64,000 nucleotides of DNA. Origin: Escherichia phage P896. A program made the position numbers and the translations under genes. This document shows, in pieces, positions 43,902 to 54,177 of this stretch (positions are counted from its first letter, which is position 1; each line of letters begins with the position of its first letter). The notes under the pieces are model-generated. The model was not told the DNA's origin and did not search any database. It saw nothing but the letters and a program-made list of their open reading frames with translations. The DNA lies in sequence record OL451225.1. One strand, given 5' to 3'.

Positions 43902-46616
43902 TTAAAAATCAAACATATCAAAAAGAGTTGCTTTCTTTTCGTAATCAACCTTTGCAGCTTCGGAGAAACCTGTTAATGGCTTAACAAAAGTCTTCTGGAA
44001 CAGTGTGTTGTAGTCCATCCACTGCAGAACCTGGTCACGGATTTCAATCGGGAGTTCAATCCCAGATGGCCATGCAATCACGGTTTCACCAAACGGGTTG
44101 CCGACTTTGAGCGGAAGTACATACACCTTTTCCCCTTCCATGATTTGCGGAACAGTCTTCAGACCTTTAGTTGCACGCATATATGCAAGCACACCTTTGA
44201 TATGAGCCGGACACTTAAATCCAGGGAAACCGCCTTCATTATATTTCTGGATGTTGTTAACCGATGATACACCTGCGATGGTCATGTAGTTAAGCTCATT
44301 AAATTCCTTATTGAATTCCTTGAAGTATGTCTGCAGAGATTCTTCACCTTCTTGCAGCATACGGCGGATACATTCTTTCAGAGCTTTCTGACATGCCTTT
44401 GGAGTACTCGACTTTTGAGTTTCCAGACCCATGATTTTCAGTTTCGGAACAGCATATCGTGTGCCTTCCATATCGTACACGTTCAACGCATAACGCTTCT
44501 TCGCTGTCCAGAATCCACCAACACCCTTCGAACCCAGTGGAGGACATGCAATCGCCTCACGGTCCATAAACATAAGGTGCTGTTTGTTGTTCATGTATTC
44601 AGCCAGCTCACGGAAAGCTTTATCGATTGCCGGTTCCAGACGGTCTTTCGCAAACTTGTCCATGAAGTCAACCAGGTGGTTTGTATCGCGGAATTTAGAT
44701 TCACCACCAACCTTTTTAATCAGGTTATCGCACTGGATATAAATGGAGTCAGTGTCACCATAGAATACGTAGGTTTCGCCGCTTGTCCCACAGACACTAT
44801 CGAAGTATTCGTTAACTTTACGCTCAATCCACTGCAATGCAAGTTGTCCGAAAGATGTAATCGCGGTTGCATTTCGCAGGTCAAAGTAACGGAACCATAT
44901 ATTGCCCAGAGCGCCATAACAACTGTTGATAAGCAGTTTACGGTTAATCTGTGCGGTCATGCCTGCAACTTCTTCCATCTGCGCTTTGTACAGCATACCA
45001 TTTAGGACTGTTTGATTCAGACCATGCAGGGCCGTTTTCATATTGTCATCAAAGTCATGACGATAATCAACTTCAGGCTCGGTTGTACCAGTTCCTGGAT
45101 TACGCAGAGCTTCCTTAATCAGTTCACCATTACGTTGAGCCGCAAGCATATAGCCTTTGTGTTCTTTACGCTGATTAAACACCTTGGTGACTTCTGTCGG
45201 AATAATACCCGCAACATCTTTAAAATACATCATACCATTTGGAGCACAACTAAATGTATCAGATGGACGGTCAGCAGTTCCTGCAATGTATTCGTACATC
45301 GGCGCTGGCGCAAATGACCCGGCAATCGTTTCTGGACTGATGTTAATCTGTCGGATAATGCTTGGATACAGAGATGTTAAGTCACAGCTCATTACATATT
45401 TGTATGCGTTCGGAATCGGTTCCTTAACAAATGCACCAGGGAACGATTGGCGAACATGTGATTTGGTTTCCGGAATGACTTTGTTTTGAGTCTTCAGGCT
45501 GTTAAAGATAATCGCATCCCAAGTTTTGATTGGGCTGAATACAGACTGAATCTGCATTTTTGCATAATAACCCATTGACTGGCTCAGGTTAATAAACTGC
45601 CGCTTACGGTCAATCTGCACAACACGATAAACGTCGATGATGTTATAAGAAATATACCGCTGGTGATTTGATTCACGCAGTTTAGAAATCGGGCCATCAT
45701 ACGGGAGTTTACCAACACCCAGTTCAGATTCCGCAACATAATCCAACGAATAAGACGGTTGGTTTGTGAAGCTGAACTTTTTATACAGGTCCAGATAATC
45801 CAGAACAGAGATACCCAGAATCTGAATGATTTCTTGTTCTTCACCAAAGCCGTTGTTAATGACTTTAACTTTTGTACGACGATGTGGGCTCAGACGTTTT
45901 GCCGTAGCTTCACCAAATACATTTTTAAGGCGGTTGTAGATATATGGAATATCAAACTTCTCGATGTTCCAACCAGTTAACATAACCGGAGTTTTCTCGT
46001 TCCAGAATACCAAATACTGCTGGAGCATTTCTTCTTCTGAATCGAAAGCCATATAAACAATTTTTTCCAGGATTTCTTCCGGGACTTCATCACCACCATC
46101 TTCCTGCAGCTTAGCAGCAATATCAATAGACCATTGCTCCACAGTGGCGTATGGTGAGCCCAAAAGGTCAAAGACATAGAATTTATCGTCTACCGAATCA
46201 TAGTGCGTCAGGGCGTCAATAGGGTGACGTGCTTCAGACGGCTCAGGGAACCCATCAGGAGATGTCACCTCGATATCGAAGTTAGCCACACGGATTTTAC
46301 TTGAATCGTATTTGATTTCGTGCGGGTAACGGTCGGACAAGTATGCGAGTTTAAAGTCGTCCATGCCCATGGCTTCGAGGCCCATGTCATTCATTCGCTT
46401 CATCCACTGGGATGCATCACGCATGGAATCGAATTCTTTTTTCACACAACCTTTATTATAGATGTCTGTATACTTTGCAGCTTGGTCTTCACGGGCGTGC
46501 ATAAACAAGCATGGAGCATAAGGGATTTCACGAACACGTTCATGACCATTCTTGTCAATATATCGTTCGTGTAGGTTGTCACCGATTTGTTCGATAGTTA
46601 AATAAAATTCTTGCAT
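43902..46616 (-). CDS. 43: DNA polymerase gp43 (family B, with 3'-5' exonuclease)
   Basis: 904 aa (T4 gp43 898 aa); exonuclease motifs (FDIEV, YNIIDV) and polymerase motifs (SCYGALG, YGDTDS). Confidence 0.95.
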   Translation of the reverse strand: MQEFYLTIEQIGDNLHERYIDKNGHERVREIPYAPCLFMHAREDQAAKYTDIYNKGCVKKEFDSMRDASQWMKRMNDMGLEAMGMDDFKLAYLSDRYPHEIKYDSSKIRVANFDIEVTSPDGFPEPSEARHPIDALTHYDSVDDKFYVFDLLGSPYATVEQWSIDIAAKLQEDGGDEVPEEILEKIVYMAFDSEEEMLQQYLVFWNEKTPVMLTGWNIEKFDIPYIYNRLKNVFGEATAKRLSPHRRTKVKVINNGFGEEQEIIQILGISVLDYLDLYKKFSFTNQPSYSLDYVAESELGVGKLPYDGPISKLRESNHQRYISYNIIDVYRVVQIDRKRQFINLSQSMGYYAKMQIQSVFSPIKTWDAIIFNSLKTQNKVIPETKSHVRQSFPGAFVKEPIPNAYKYVMSCDLTSLYPSIIRQINISPETIAGSFAPAPMYEYIAGTADRPSDTFSCAPNGMMYFKDVAGIIPTEVTKVFNQRKEHKGYMLAAQRNGELIKEALRNPGTGTTEPEVDYRHDFDDNMKTALHGLNQTVLNGMLYKAQMEEVAGMTAQINRKLLINSCYGALGNIWFRYFDLRNATAITSFGQLALQWIERKVNEYFDSVCGTSGETYVFYGDTDSIYIQCDNLIKKVGGESKFRDTNHLVDFMDKFAKDRLEPAIDKAFRELAEYMNNKQHLMFMDREAIACPPLGSKGVGGFWTAKKRYALNVYDMEGTRYAVPKLKIMGLETQKSSTPKACQKALKECIRRMLQEGEESLQTYFKEFNKEFNELNYMTIAGVSSVNNIQKYNEGGFPGFKCPAHIKGVLAYMRATKGLKTVPQIMEGEKVYVLPLKVGNPFGETVIAWPSGIELPIEIRDQVLQWMDYNTLFQKTFVKPLTGFSEAAKVDYEKKATLFDMFDF

Positions 46617-46660
46617 TTGGTTTCCTTTATAGTCGAGTGATTGACTTTTGTTTTATGACT
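46617..46660 (-). promoter_or_regulatory. Putative gp43 translational operator hairpin next to the SD
   Basis: mRNA leader agtcAATCACTCgactataaaggaaaccaaATG: 4 bp stem with 8 nt loop immediately 5' of the SD, resembling the T4 gene 43 autoregulatory operator. Confidence 0.4.
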
Positions 46661-46671
46661 TGACGCTATTA

Positions 46672-46686
46672 TACTACAAAAGGGAC
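46672..46686 (-). terminator. Terminator-like hairpin between regA and 43
   Basis: gggaccgaagtccc hairpin followed on the minus strand by a T-rich run. Confidence 0.45.
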
Positions 46687-46706
46687 CGAAGTCCCTTTGC
46701 TTTAAA

Positions 46707-47075
46707 TCAATTACCAATTGTATATTTGGCTACGAGCTTCCAGTCGTCTTTTTGTTTGAAGGAGATAACACGGAAGTTATTTGTTACTGCGAACAATTCA
46801 TTATGCTCTTCTTCTTTGATAGCGATTAAGCCCCAGTCTTCAAGCAGTTGAGCAATGGAATCACGGCGCTGATAGTCTTCGCCATCAATATCCACCTGAC
46901 GACCATCCATGCGCAGCATTTCTTTGAAGTGAACAATATAATAACGACCTTGCTTTTGGAGGATGTGGCAGCTCTGGTACAGCACACGGTCTTTATTATT
47001 TGCGATGCCCATACGGGTCAGAGTTTCTTTAACTTTCAGGAAGTCTTCAGGTTGCTTTAATGTAATTTCAATCAT
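46707..47075 (-). CDS. regA: Translational repressor RegA
   Basis: 122 aa; MIEITLK.PEDFLKVKETLTRMGIANNKD.VLYQSCHILQK.G.YYIVHFKEMLRMDGRQV...NNFRVISFKQK..WKLV.KYTIGN matches T4 RegA as I recall it. Confidence 0.92.
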   Translation of the reverse strand: MIEITLKQPEDFLKVKETLTRMGIANNKDRVLYQSCHILQKQGRYYIVHFKEMLRMDGRQVDIDGEDYQRRDSIAQLLEDWGLIAIKEEEHNELFAVTNNFRVISFKQKDDWKLVAKYTIGN

Positions 47076-47076
47076 T

Positions 47077-47655
47077 TTACCATTCCAATATTTGTTTTTT
47101 AATTTCTTTTTGTTCTTTCACATTACTGGTAACGGTCTTTAAGAATTCATCCGTTACCAGACCTTTTGTCTTTTTCAAAACATCTTTAAGACTACCTTTG
47201 ACTTTCAATGTTTCCATATACATCAAAGCATCATCTGCATTAATTGTATAATATTTCATTAAAAGCTTGAGCACAAGCTGAACGCTGACTACATCCGGTT
47301 CAGACTTGGCCCATTTGCCATAACGCTTGCCTTGCGGAACCGCATGCAGCAAATAATTATAATGCTGCTGGTCTGTTAACCCGGAACCGATTAAGTTCAT
47401 CACGTTCACCTGCATGATGCAATCAACATGTTGACTCAATGCGTTATCCAGCCAGAATTTATTGTAGTTTTCCGATTGAATCAGGTTCCGTGGTTTTTTG
47501 CTAACGGTTATGTCGTTAAGAATCGCGAACAATTCATTTTCTGCTTTCTCTTTGTATGAATCGGACAATTCCTGAATTTTGTTAAAGTCGCGTGATTTCC
47601 ACGCAACCTCATGTTCGTTTAATTGAACGTCATCATCAAAGAGACTTACAGCCAT
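47077..47655 (-). CDS. 62: Clamp loader small subunit gp62
   Basis: 192 aa (T4 gp62 187 aa), between regA and 44. Confidence 0.85.
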   Translation of the reverse strand: MAVSLFDDDVQLNEHEVAWKSRDFNKIQELSDSYKEKAENELFAILNDITVSKKPRNLIQSENYNKFWLDNALSQHVDCIMQVNVMNLIGSGLTDQQHYNYLLHAVPQGKRYGKWAKSEPDVVSVQLVLKLLMKYYTINADDALMYMETLKVKGSLKDVLKKTKGLVTDEFLKTVTSNVKEQKEIKKQILEW

Positions 47656-48605
47656 TTCATTTCCCCAGCCAGTTGAGCAAACAAATAAGTCAAGTGAACT
47701 TCGGTATTGGCCGCAATGCCATGGTACTGATTATTCTCACCTACAATCTCATACATGCGGATGATACTTGCACCAGTCAGTTTGCCATACATTTCATCAG
47801 CCAGCTTTGCGATGAAGCTTGAATAATCATTTGCATGCTTAGGAGCCAGGCCACGGAGAACTTTAAAGTTACGGTCCTTAAGGGCATCAATCACATCATC
47901 AATTGGTGTGCGATTGTTTGTCACGATACTCAGAATACCAGAATCGATAACACCCTTTGCCGAGTAACGGTCAAGCTCGTTAATTGTCTTACGCAGGTCC
48001 GGGAAGTTATGCTTAACCAGAGCAGCAACAACTTTCAGGTCTTCGATTTCAACGCCTTCATTTTTACATACCGCAACTGCACGATGAATCATCTCTTTCA
48101 TCATGGTAGTCTGGTCAGCCGGAGTTGCTTCACCGAACTTAATGACGCGACAACGAGACTGCAACGGAGTAATGATGCCATCAATATTGTTCGCGGTCAT
48201 AATGATTGAACAGTTGCTCGAATAAGCTTCCATAAAGCTACGGAGGTGCCGTTGTGATTCAGCCAGACCTGCACGGTCGAACTCATCGATAACGATTACC
48301 TTGCGGCGACCTTCGATTGATTTGGATGATGCAAAGCGAGTCAATTCATTACGCACAAAGTCAATTCGACAATCGGAGCCGTTAACAAACAGCATATCAG
48401 AATTCGTATCTGCGCACATAGCTTTTGCAACTGTTGTCTTACCAGTACCAGGGGAACTACTGACCAGAATCAAGTTAGGAATCAAACCTTTTTTAACAAT
48501 CGCCTCTAATGTTTCTTTATCATGAGCCGGGAGAATACACTCTGATAATGTACCTGGGCGGTATTTTTGTTCCCACATGAATTCTTTGTCATTAACCGTT
48601 AACAT
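47646..48605 (-). CDS. 44: Clamp loader ATPase gp44 (AAA+)
   Basis: 319 aa (T4 gp44 319 aa); Walker A SPGTGKTT, Walker B VIVIDEFD. Confidence 0.92.
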   Translation of the reverse strand: MLTVNDKEFMWEQKYRPGTLSECILPAHDKETLEAIVKKGLIPNLILVSSSPGTGKTTVAKAMCADTNSDMLFVNGSDCRIDFVRNELTRFASSKSIEGRRKVIVIDEFDRAGLAESQRHLRSFMEAYSSNCSIIMTANNIDGIITPLQSRCRVIKFGEATPADQTTMMKEMIHRAVAVCKNEGVEIEDLKVVAALVKHNFPDLRKTINELDRYSAKGVIDSGILSIVTNNRTPIDDVIDALKDRNFKVLRGLAPKHANDYSSFIAKLADEMYGKLTGASIIRMYEIVGENNQYHGIAANTEVHLTYLFAQLAGEMKWL

Positions 48606-48661
48606 ATATTTTCCTCATATTAGTTTCTACTTTGTACTCCATGGGGTCAAAGCCCCATTTA

Positions 48662-49357
48662 TTAATCTTGGAATTCGTGGCTAGAGCCTTGTTCCATTGC
48701 AATCACATAGCTTGCTTGTGTGCCTTCAAACTTCGTAGCAAATTTATCATCTTTCGCCCAAAGCATAACACGGTAATCAGCCGGAATCATTTTCATGTTC
48801 AGTTTGTTAATGATAAATTTGAACGCTGCATCGCCTTCATAATCACCACACACCAGGGAATACAATGGACGCGTTAATTCTTTATCTTCGAGCTGGTTAT
48901 AACCATGGATAACAATCTTACCGTCTTTGTTGGTGATTGCAAAAGTATCCAGAGACAAACCACCAGCCACACGCAGAAGCTGCTGCAGGTCACTACCTTT
49001 CAGGTCGAAGATAACCTTAGCTACCGGGAAAGGAATCTTCTTAGCAGGGAACACGATAGTGCTCGGGTCAGCTGCAGGCCAGTGAATCGTTGAACGTTGG
49101 TCTTTGATAATGATATTCGATGCATCTTCAGCCAGGGATACTTCAGCTTGGTCAGTTACCAGGCCCAGAATACTTAAGAAGCCGTTCAGGTCATAAATTG
49201 CAGCTTCAAAGTCAATTGTATCATTGATTTCAGATTCACCATATGACGCTCCAGTTACAGAACGAGTCAGGATGGTATTACCCGGCTTAAGCATAATGCC
49301 AGAGTAAATGGAAGTGAAGTTTTTCAGAACTGCGATAGTGTCTTTAGAGAATTTCAT
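48662..49357 (-). CDS. 45: Sliding clamp gp45
   Basis: 231 aa; MKFSKDT.A.LKNF..I.SGIMLK, FWPAADPST.V.P.K.IPFPVA and MKM.P..Y..LLWAKG blocks match T4 gp45 as I recall it. Confidence 0.92.
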   Translation of the reverse strand: MKFSKDTIAVLKNFTSIYSGIMLKPGNTILTRSVTGASYGESEINDTIDFEAAIYDLNGFLSILGLVTDQAEVSLAEDASNIIIKDQRSTIHWPAADPSTIVFPAKKIPFPVAKVIFDLKGSDLQQLLRVAGGLSLDTFAITNKDGKIVIHGYNQLEDKELTRPLYSLVCGDYEGDAAFKFIINKLNMKMIPADYRVMLWAKDDKFATKFEGTQASYVIAMEQGSSHEFQD

Positions 49358-49387
49358 TTAATTACCTTTTATTCAAATCAAAATTAA

Positions 49388-49819
49388 TTAAGCAACAACT
49401 GCCATTTGTTTGCGGATAGCTTCTGGAAGAGATTCAATATACTCTGGAAGTTGCGCAGCAATAATAGAACCAGCTTGCACCAGATGGTCGTCAGAGTTAA
49501 CACAATAATCATCTTCAAGACGTTCGGAACCGTCGCGGTCGATAACCAGTTTAGCACCAGCAGCCAGTGAATCGTTGTAGTGATTGCGCATCAGTTCAAT
49601 CCACTTATCAGATACATCAGTATCAATCACACCATACAACATGAATTTAACTTCTTGAGGAAGTGATTTCAAACGGGTGGCAGATGCTTCATCACATGCC
49701 AGGACCCAGGATTTGCGGACGCGGTTTTGGTTATGTGGGTTGGCGTCGGTGCGGATGGTTTTAACTTGGATATCTTTAGCAGTTACGTTGTTCATAATAT
49801 TCTCTCTATTCATTATCAA
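49388..49819 (-). CDS. rpbA: RNA polymerase-binding protein RpbA (candidate)
   Basis: 143 aa ORF between 45 and 46 (T4 RpbA about 129 aa); positional. Confidence 0.5.
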   Translation of the reverse strand: MIMNRENIMNNVTAKDIQVKTIRTDANPHNQNRVRKSWVLACDEASATRLKSLPQEVKFMLYGVIDTDVSDKWIELMRNHYNDSLAAGAKLVIDRDGSERLEDDYCVNSDDHLVQAGSIIAAQLPEYIESLPEAIRKQMAVVA

Positions 49820-50071
49820 TTAATCAAAGTATTCATATGCAAACCAGGCTTTGTGTCTGTTCGCGATTATTTTAACATATTCTTCACCGAAAGCGTTTTG
49901 TAAGTCACGTTCAGTAACAAGGTGTTCATCTTTCGAAAAGGTATTAACTAACACATACCGTTTAATTTCAGGGACAGCCAGTAAATGCTGCCCGGTTAAG
50001 AAGTCAGCCATAATAGCCTCTATTATAACATCCTTGTTTAAAGCATTATTCCATAACAGTGAATCGACCAA
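49820..50071 (-). CDS. Hypothetical protein (45.2 position)
   Basis: 83 aa ORF in track. Confidence 0.45.
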   Translation of the reverse strand: MVDSLLWNNALNKDVIIEAIMADFLTGQHLLAVPEIKRYVLVNTFSKDEHLVTERDLQNAFGEEYVKIIANRHKAWFAYEYFD

Positions 50072-51728
50072 CTTTTTTCATCTGGAGATGTTGCCCGTAT
50101 GCTTCCGGGTCATGGTCTCGGTGACTGATAATAAAGATGTTGGTGTCTTCCAATTTGTTCAGGATGGTAGCAATTGCTTTAACCCCCTCTACATCAGTAG
50201 CTGAATCGAAAACTTCGTCCAGAATCAAGGTGTTAATATTAACACCAGATACTTTCGCAGCAATATCACGCCATGTAAACAGCAATGCAATATCGATACG
50301 AGCTTTTTCACCTTGGCTAAATGATGCATAGCTGAAGTCTTCACGTCCACGAGATTTAATCGTTTCGTTGAACTCTTCATCTAACGTAAAACTATAATCA
50401 GCTTCCATAACTTTAAGGTAAGCGTTTATCTGCTTATTAAAGATAGGAATATATTTCTTAATAATAGCACCTTTGATACCGGAATCTTTCAACATATCCG
50501 TTAGGATACCACGTTGATATTTTTCCATCACAAGGTCGGATTTCTGTTTGACTATTTTATCAAGCTGGTCTTGAAGCATTTTAATGTCTGCCGCATGGTC
50601 AATGAATTCTGACTTAGCTTGCTCGATTAATGCTTTAACCTTTTTAGCTTTTTCGACAGTCTGGACTAAGGTTTGTTTCTTAGTTTGAATGTCTTGAGCT
50701 ATTGTACGTTGTTTTTGTCTTGCAGCAGAATACGCATCAAATTGCTCCTGAACAGCGTTCTGGCGAGCTTTATGGTTATCAGCTGATACATTACATTCTT
50801 CAATCTTTGACTCAATCCTGGCGACAATGGGGTCTCCTGGATGCAACTGACTGGCACAAGTCTGACAACAACCACCTTTCTCGTACAGACCAACAACCTT
50901 TCGGTAATCGTCTATCTTCGACTTAATCAGGAATGATTCCTGCTTTAACTTCGTGAGTTCATGCTCAGGGTCTTCTCCCAAGATTATCTCGGTCAGTCTT
51001 GTCGTTGCTTCTTCGATAGTCGTTTTGATTCCACGTGCTTCCGTAGCAAGTTCATCATACATCGTTTGTAGCCGCAACAGATTATCACCTGATAATTTTC
51101 TTTGACGGTCTTCGTTGTCCTGATAGATTTTAATCTGTTGAACAATACCATCATGCTGCACATCCATCACCTGGATTTGACTATTGACTTCGCGGATAAG
51201 AGATTTGTTCAGCTTATCCATATCGGCCAGTACAGAAACCTCTAAAAGGTCTTCGACAAGTTTTCTTCTTGCAGGAGTGGATAGGCCCATAAAAGGGGTA
51301 TATCCAGCTGTGCCGAGTACGACAATCTGTTTGAAGCTTGCATAGGACATTCCGATAAGCTGTTCAAATTCCGCTTGGAAGTCTTTACTGCTGGCAGATT
51401 CATCAAGACGTTTACCGCCACAAGAGATTTCAAAAACATTGGGTTTTTGCCCGCGTTTGATATAGTATTCTTTTCCATCATATTCCATCCACAATTCAAC
51501 GAGCATATCTTTTTTGTTGCTCGAGTTAATCAACTGGCCTTTCTTTACATCACGGAAAGGCTTACCGAACATAGCAAAGGTAACCGCTTCAAGGAACGTA
51601 GATTTACCCGCGCCATTCTTACCGGTGACCAGAGTTTTTTGGACTTTATCCAGTTCAACAGTAATCGGTTGAGCACCAACCGACATAATATTTTTATAGA
51701 TAACTTTCTTAAGCTTAAAAGTCTTCAT
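50046..51728 (-). CDS. 46: Recombination endonuclease subunit gp46 (Rad50/SbcC-like)
   Basis: Track ORF 50046..51740; likely start at ATG 51728 (MKTFKLKKVIYKNIMSVG...), giving 560 aa (T4 gp46 560 aa); Walker A GKNGAGKST, signature FSQGEKARIDIALL, Walker B LILDEVFD. Confidence 0.92.
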   Translation of the reverse strand: MKTFKLKKVIYKNIMSVGAQPITVELDKVQKTLVTGKNGAGKSTFLEAVTFAMFGKPFRDVKKGQLINSSNKKDMLVELWMEYDGKEYYIKRGQKPNVFEISCGGKRLDESASSKDFQAEFEQLIGMSYASFKQIVVLGTAGYTPFMGLSTPARRKLVEDLLEVSVLADMDKLNKSLIREVNSQIQVMDVQHDGIVQQIKIYQDNEDRQRKLSGDNLLRLQTMYDELATEARGIKTTIEEATTRLTEIILGEDPEHELTKLKQESFLIKSKIDDYRKVVGLYEKGGCCQTCASQLHPGDPIVARIESKIEECNVSADNHKARQNAVQEQFDAYSAARQKQRTIAQDIQTKKQTLVQTVEKAKKVKALIEQAKSEFIDHAADIKMLQDQLDKIVKQKSDLVMEKYQRGILTDMLKDSGIKGAIIKKYIPIFNKQINAYLKVMEADYSFTLDEEFNETIKSRGREDFSYASFSQGEKARIDIALLFTWRDIAAKVSGVNINTLILDEVFDSATDVEGVKAIATILNKLEDTNIFIISHRDHDPEAYGQHLQMKKVGRFTVME

Positions 51729-51978
51729 CGTAATAAGCATCCTTGATACATGATTCAGCCATATGGATTAATGCCTCTGGAGTATCATCTTCCATTACAT
51801 TAAAGCTAAATTCCACGGCCCAATCGGTGACTACATAGACTTTGATAAGTTGACCAGTTTCCCGGTCAGTGATAGCTTCAAACCAATACTTAATAGTATT
51901 CGGTTGATTATCGTCGTCAACCACATCACATTCGCGGATATGCTCAAGTCCCGCTTCATTAAAATCATAAAGTCTCAT
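51715..51978 (-). CDS. Hypothetical protein (46.1 position)
   Basis: 87 aa ORF in track. Confidence 0.45.
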   Translation of the reverse strand: MRLYDFNEAGLEHIRECDVVDDDNQPNTIKYWFEAITDRETGQLIKVYVVTDWAVEFSFNVMEDDTPEALIHMAESCIKDAYYDEDF

Positions 51979-52994
51979 TGTTGCACCTCAAGATATAATT
52001 TGTTGGCCAATGCTTTGAGAGCTTTTGATTCTTTCTCATTGGCGTCAGGTAATGCATCGATATATTCTGCCATCATATCTGTTAAGCGTTTTATGTCTAA
52101 CTCTTCATCAGAGTCTGACGTATCAACACTGTTATCAACCTTATTGACAACACGCAATTCATGCACACGCTTTTCTAATTCAGATTCGAACTTGGTCAGG
52201 TCTTTATCGACTTTTTCTACAATAACACGGACTGATAAGTCTTTGAAGTCGTCGTAGTTAATAGTTTCGTTTGGATAGAAAATCTTCCGATGCCAGGTGG
52301 TTTCATTCGGAATAAATTTCATCTCTTCGGTTTCGGTATCAAATTCCCAGAACCCGCGCGGGTCGTTCTCATCACCTGCTGTTAATGTCCATGGTGTCCC
52401 GATGTACTTAACGTTTGCGGCTTCTGAAATGGTATGAAAGTGACCAGACCAAACTTGCTTGTACTTCTTAAGGAAATCAGGCTCAAGTCCGTGGGATTTC
52501 AATCCTTTATAGAAATAAAACCCGGTTAATTCCCAGTGACCGATGCAATATTCAGCCCCAGAAGTTTTGATGTGTTGATGAATGTCAGTTGCGTTCTCGT
52601 CACACATCCATGGAATCATATCAATCTGATAACCGTCAAAATCAACAGTCGTTGGCTTATCGTAGATTTTAACATGGTCATACTTATTCAGGAGTTCAGT
52701 GATAGCATTGGGATGAATCTTATTCTTCAGATTCATGTCATGGTTCCCGACTATCGTGTGCATAGTAATTCCTGCTTCACGAAGGAGTTCCATAATCTCA
52801 CGGCTGAATTCCATCGTCTTATGCGTTACGGCCTTACGGACGTCAAAAATATCACCATATTGAATCCAGACTTTAATCCCATTCGCTTTGGAATATGCAA
52901 TCGCCTGTAAAATACCATCGCGTTGAATGTTTTGAGCCCATGGGTCGTCAGCTTTGACACCCAAGTGCCAATCACCTAAATTTAAAATTTTCAT
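51975..52994 (-). CDS. 47: Recombination endonuclease subunit gp47 (Mre11/SbcD-like)
   Basis: Track ORF 51975..53021; likely start at ATG 52994 (MKILNLGDWHLG...), giving 339 aa (T4 gp47 339 aa); calcineurin-like phosphoesterase motifs GDWH, GNHD, GHFH. Confidence 0.9.
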   Translation of the reverse strand: MKILNLGDWHLGVKADDPWAQNIQRDGILQAIAYSKANGIKVWIQYGDIFDVRKAVTHKTMEFSREIMELLREAGITMHTIVGNHDMNLKNKIHPNAITELLNKYDHVKIYDKPTTVDFDGYQIDMIPWMCDENATDIHQHIKTSGAEYCIGHWELTGFYFYKGLKSHGLEPDFLKKYKQVWSGHFHTISEAANVKYIGTPWTLTAGDENDPRGFWEFDTETEEMKFIPNETTWHRKIFYPNETINYDDFKDLSVRVIVEKVDKDLTKFESELEKRVHELRVVNKVDNSVDTSDSDEELDIKRLTDMMAEYIDALPDANEKESKALKALANKLYLEVQQ

Positions 52995-53181
52995 AAGCCA
53001 AGCACCGTTATCGCAATGCAAAATAAAATTATTGAAATGAACCCGTCAGGAGTGGAAAAGAATCCTATCCAACAAGCTCGTGTGAATGTATAGAATGCCA
53101 TGAATAGCACGACATATCCTAAAAATAATTCCATATGTTCTCCTCAGTTGGTTCATTTTATCATCCCGAATATAAAGCAAA

Positions 53182-53198
53182 AAGGAAGCACTAGGCTT
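53182..53198 (-). terminator. Terminator-like hairpin
   Basis: ggaagcactaggcttcc hairpin followed on the minus strand by a T-run. Confidence 0.4.
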
Positions 53199-53422
53199 CC
53201 TTTCCAATTAATACACCATACAGAGGTTCATGAGAAGACCTGAACTTGATAGGCTTATAGGTAATAGTACCTTCATTTTCTGCTTTAATACGAGCGGCTT
53301 CAAATTGAAGTATCATCTCATTTTTGTCAGATTTAATCTTATCAAAATCCGTCGAATTCGTCATTCATATGACCTCTTAAACTTTTTCGTATTCGTCGTT
53401 CATTAGCCTGCTGTCCATGTTA

Positions 53423-53629
53423 TCATCGTTGCCACCATTTCTTAAGTTGATGTGAGTCTACCCAAACTTTGGATGTCGGCTCAATTTTAACAATACCTTT
53501 TGGAACACCATAAGGGCCAAGGAGCTTACATTCGGTTTCGGACTGCTTGATACAGATATTACCGTATGAGCGAAGTCTGAAAGCGGCTCCAATAAGAAGC
53601 CGTTTAAAAGGTTTATTTACTAATGCCAT
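53423..53629 (-). CDS. Hypothetical protein
   Basis: 68 aa ORF in track. Confidence 0.4.
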   Translation of the reverse strand: MALVNKPFKRLLIGAAFRLRSYGNICIKQSETECKLLGPYGVPKGIVKIEPTSKVWVDSHQLKKWWQR

Positions 53630-53924
53630 TTACGATTTCCCAAATTTGTTTGCGAGTAGAATCCCACATCAACTTAATCAGGTCTTCCGTAACGGGTTGG
53701 CGGTAAATCCCACGCAGTTTAACTAAAGCGTATTTGTATGCTTCAAAATTGTTTTCCAGCACTGCGCCTTGAGCATGCTTATTCAGTCGTGCAATTTCAC
53801 GAGCATTCTTTTTCAGAATCTTCGCTGCTTGGCTGGTTGCTTCAAGTGCGTTCGCTTCTTCGAGACGTTCCTGTGCTTCTTCAATCTGCTTATCGGTCAG
53901 TTGAGAAATATCTGGAGCTTGCAT
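53613..53924 (-). CDS. Hypothetical protein
   Basis: 103 aa ORF in track. Confidence 0.45.
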   Translation of the reverse strand: MQAPDISQLTDKQIEEAQERLEEANALEATSQAAKILKKNAREIARLNKHAQGAVLENNFEAYKYALVKLRGIYRQPVTEDLIKLMWDSTRKQIWEIVNGISK

Positions 53925-53925
53925 A

Positions 53926-54177
53926 TTAATCCTTGGGAGTTAACTCAATTGTAAAATATAGATTAGCATTATCCACATGATAACGGTAATCAACGTTATT
54001 ATCCGGTGAAGTAAATTCCAGATTCCGGACGTTTAAAGGGTCGATATCAATTGGAAGACCTTTTATGTCTCGCAGATAAAGTTTAATGAAATATGGGAGC
54101 GCCGTAAAGTCTTCCTCGATTTTATCTAAAAAATCGGTAATATCAAATTGATGTTCCATATAAAAAATCCAAATCAC
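53926..54177 (-). CDS. Hypothetical protein
   Basis: 83 aa ORF in track. Confidence 0.45.
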   Translation of the reverse strand: MIWIFYMEHQFDITDFLDKIEEDFTALPYFIKLYLRDIKGLPIDIDPLNVRNLEFTSPDNNVDYRYHVDNANLYFTIELTPKD

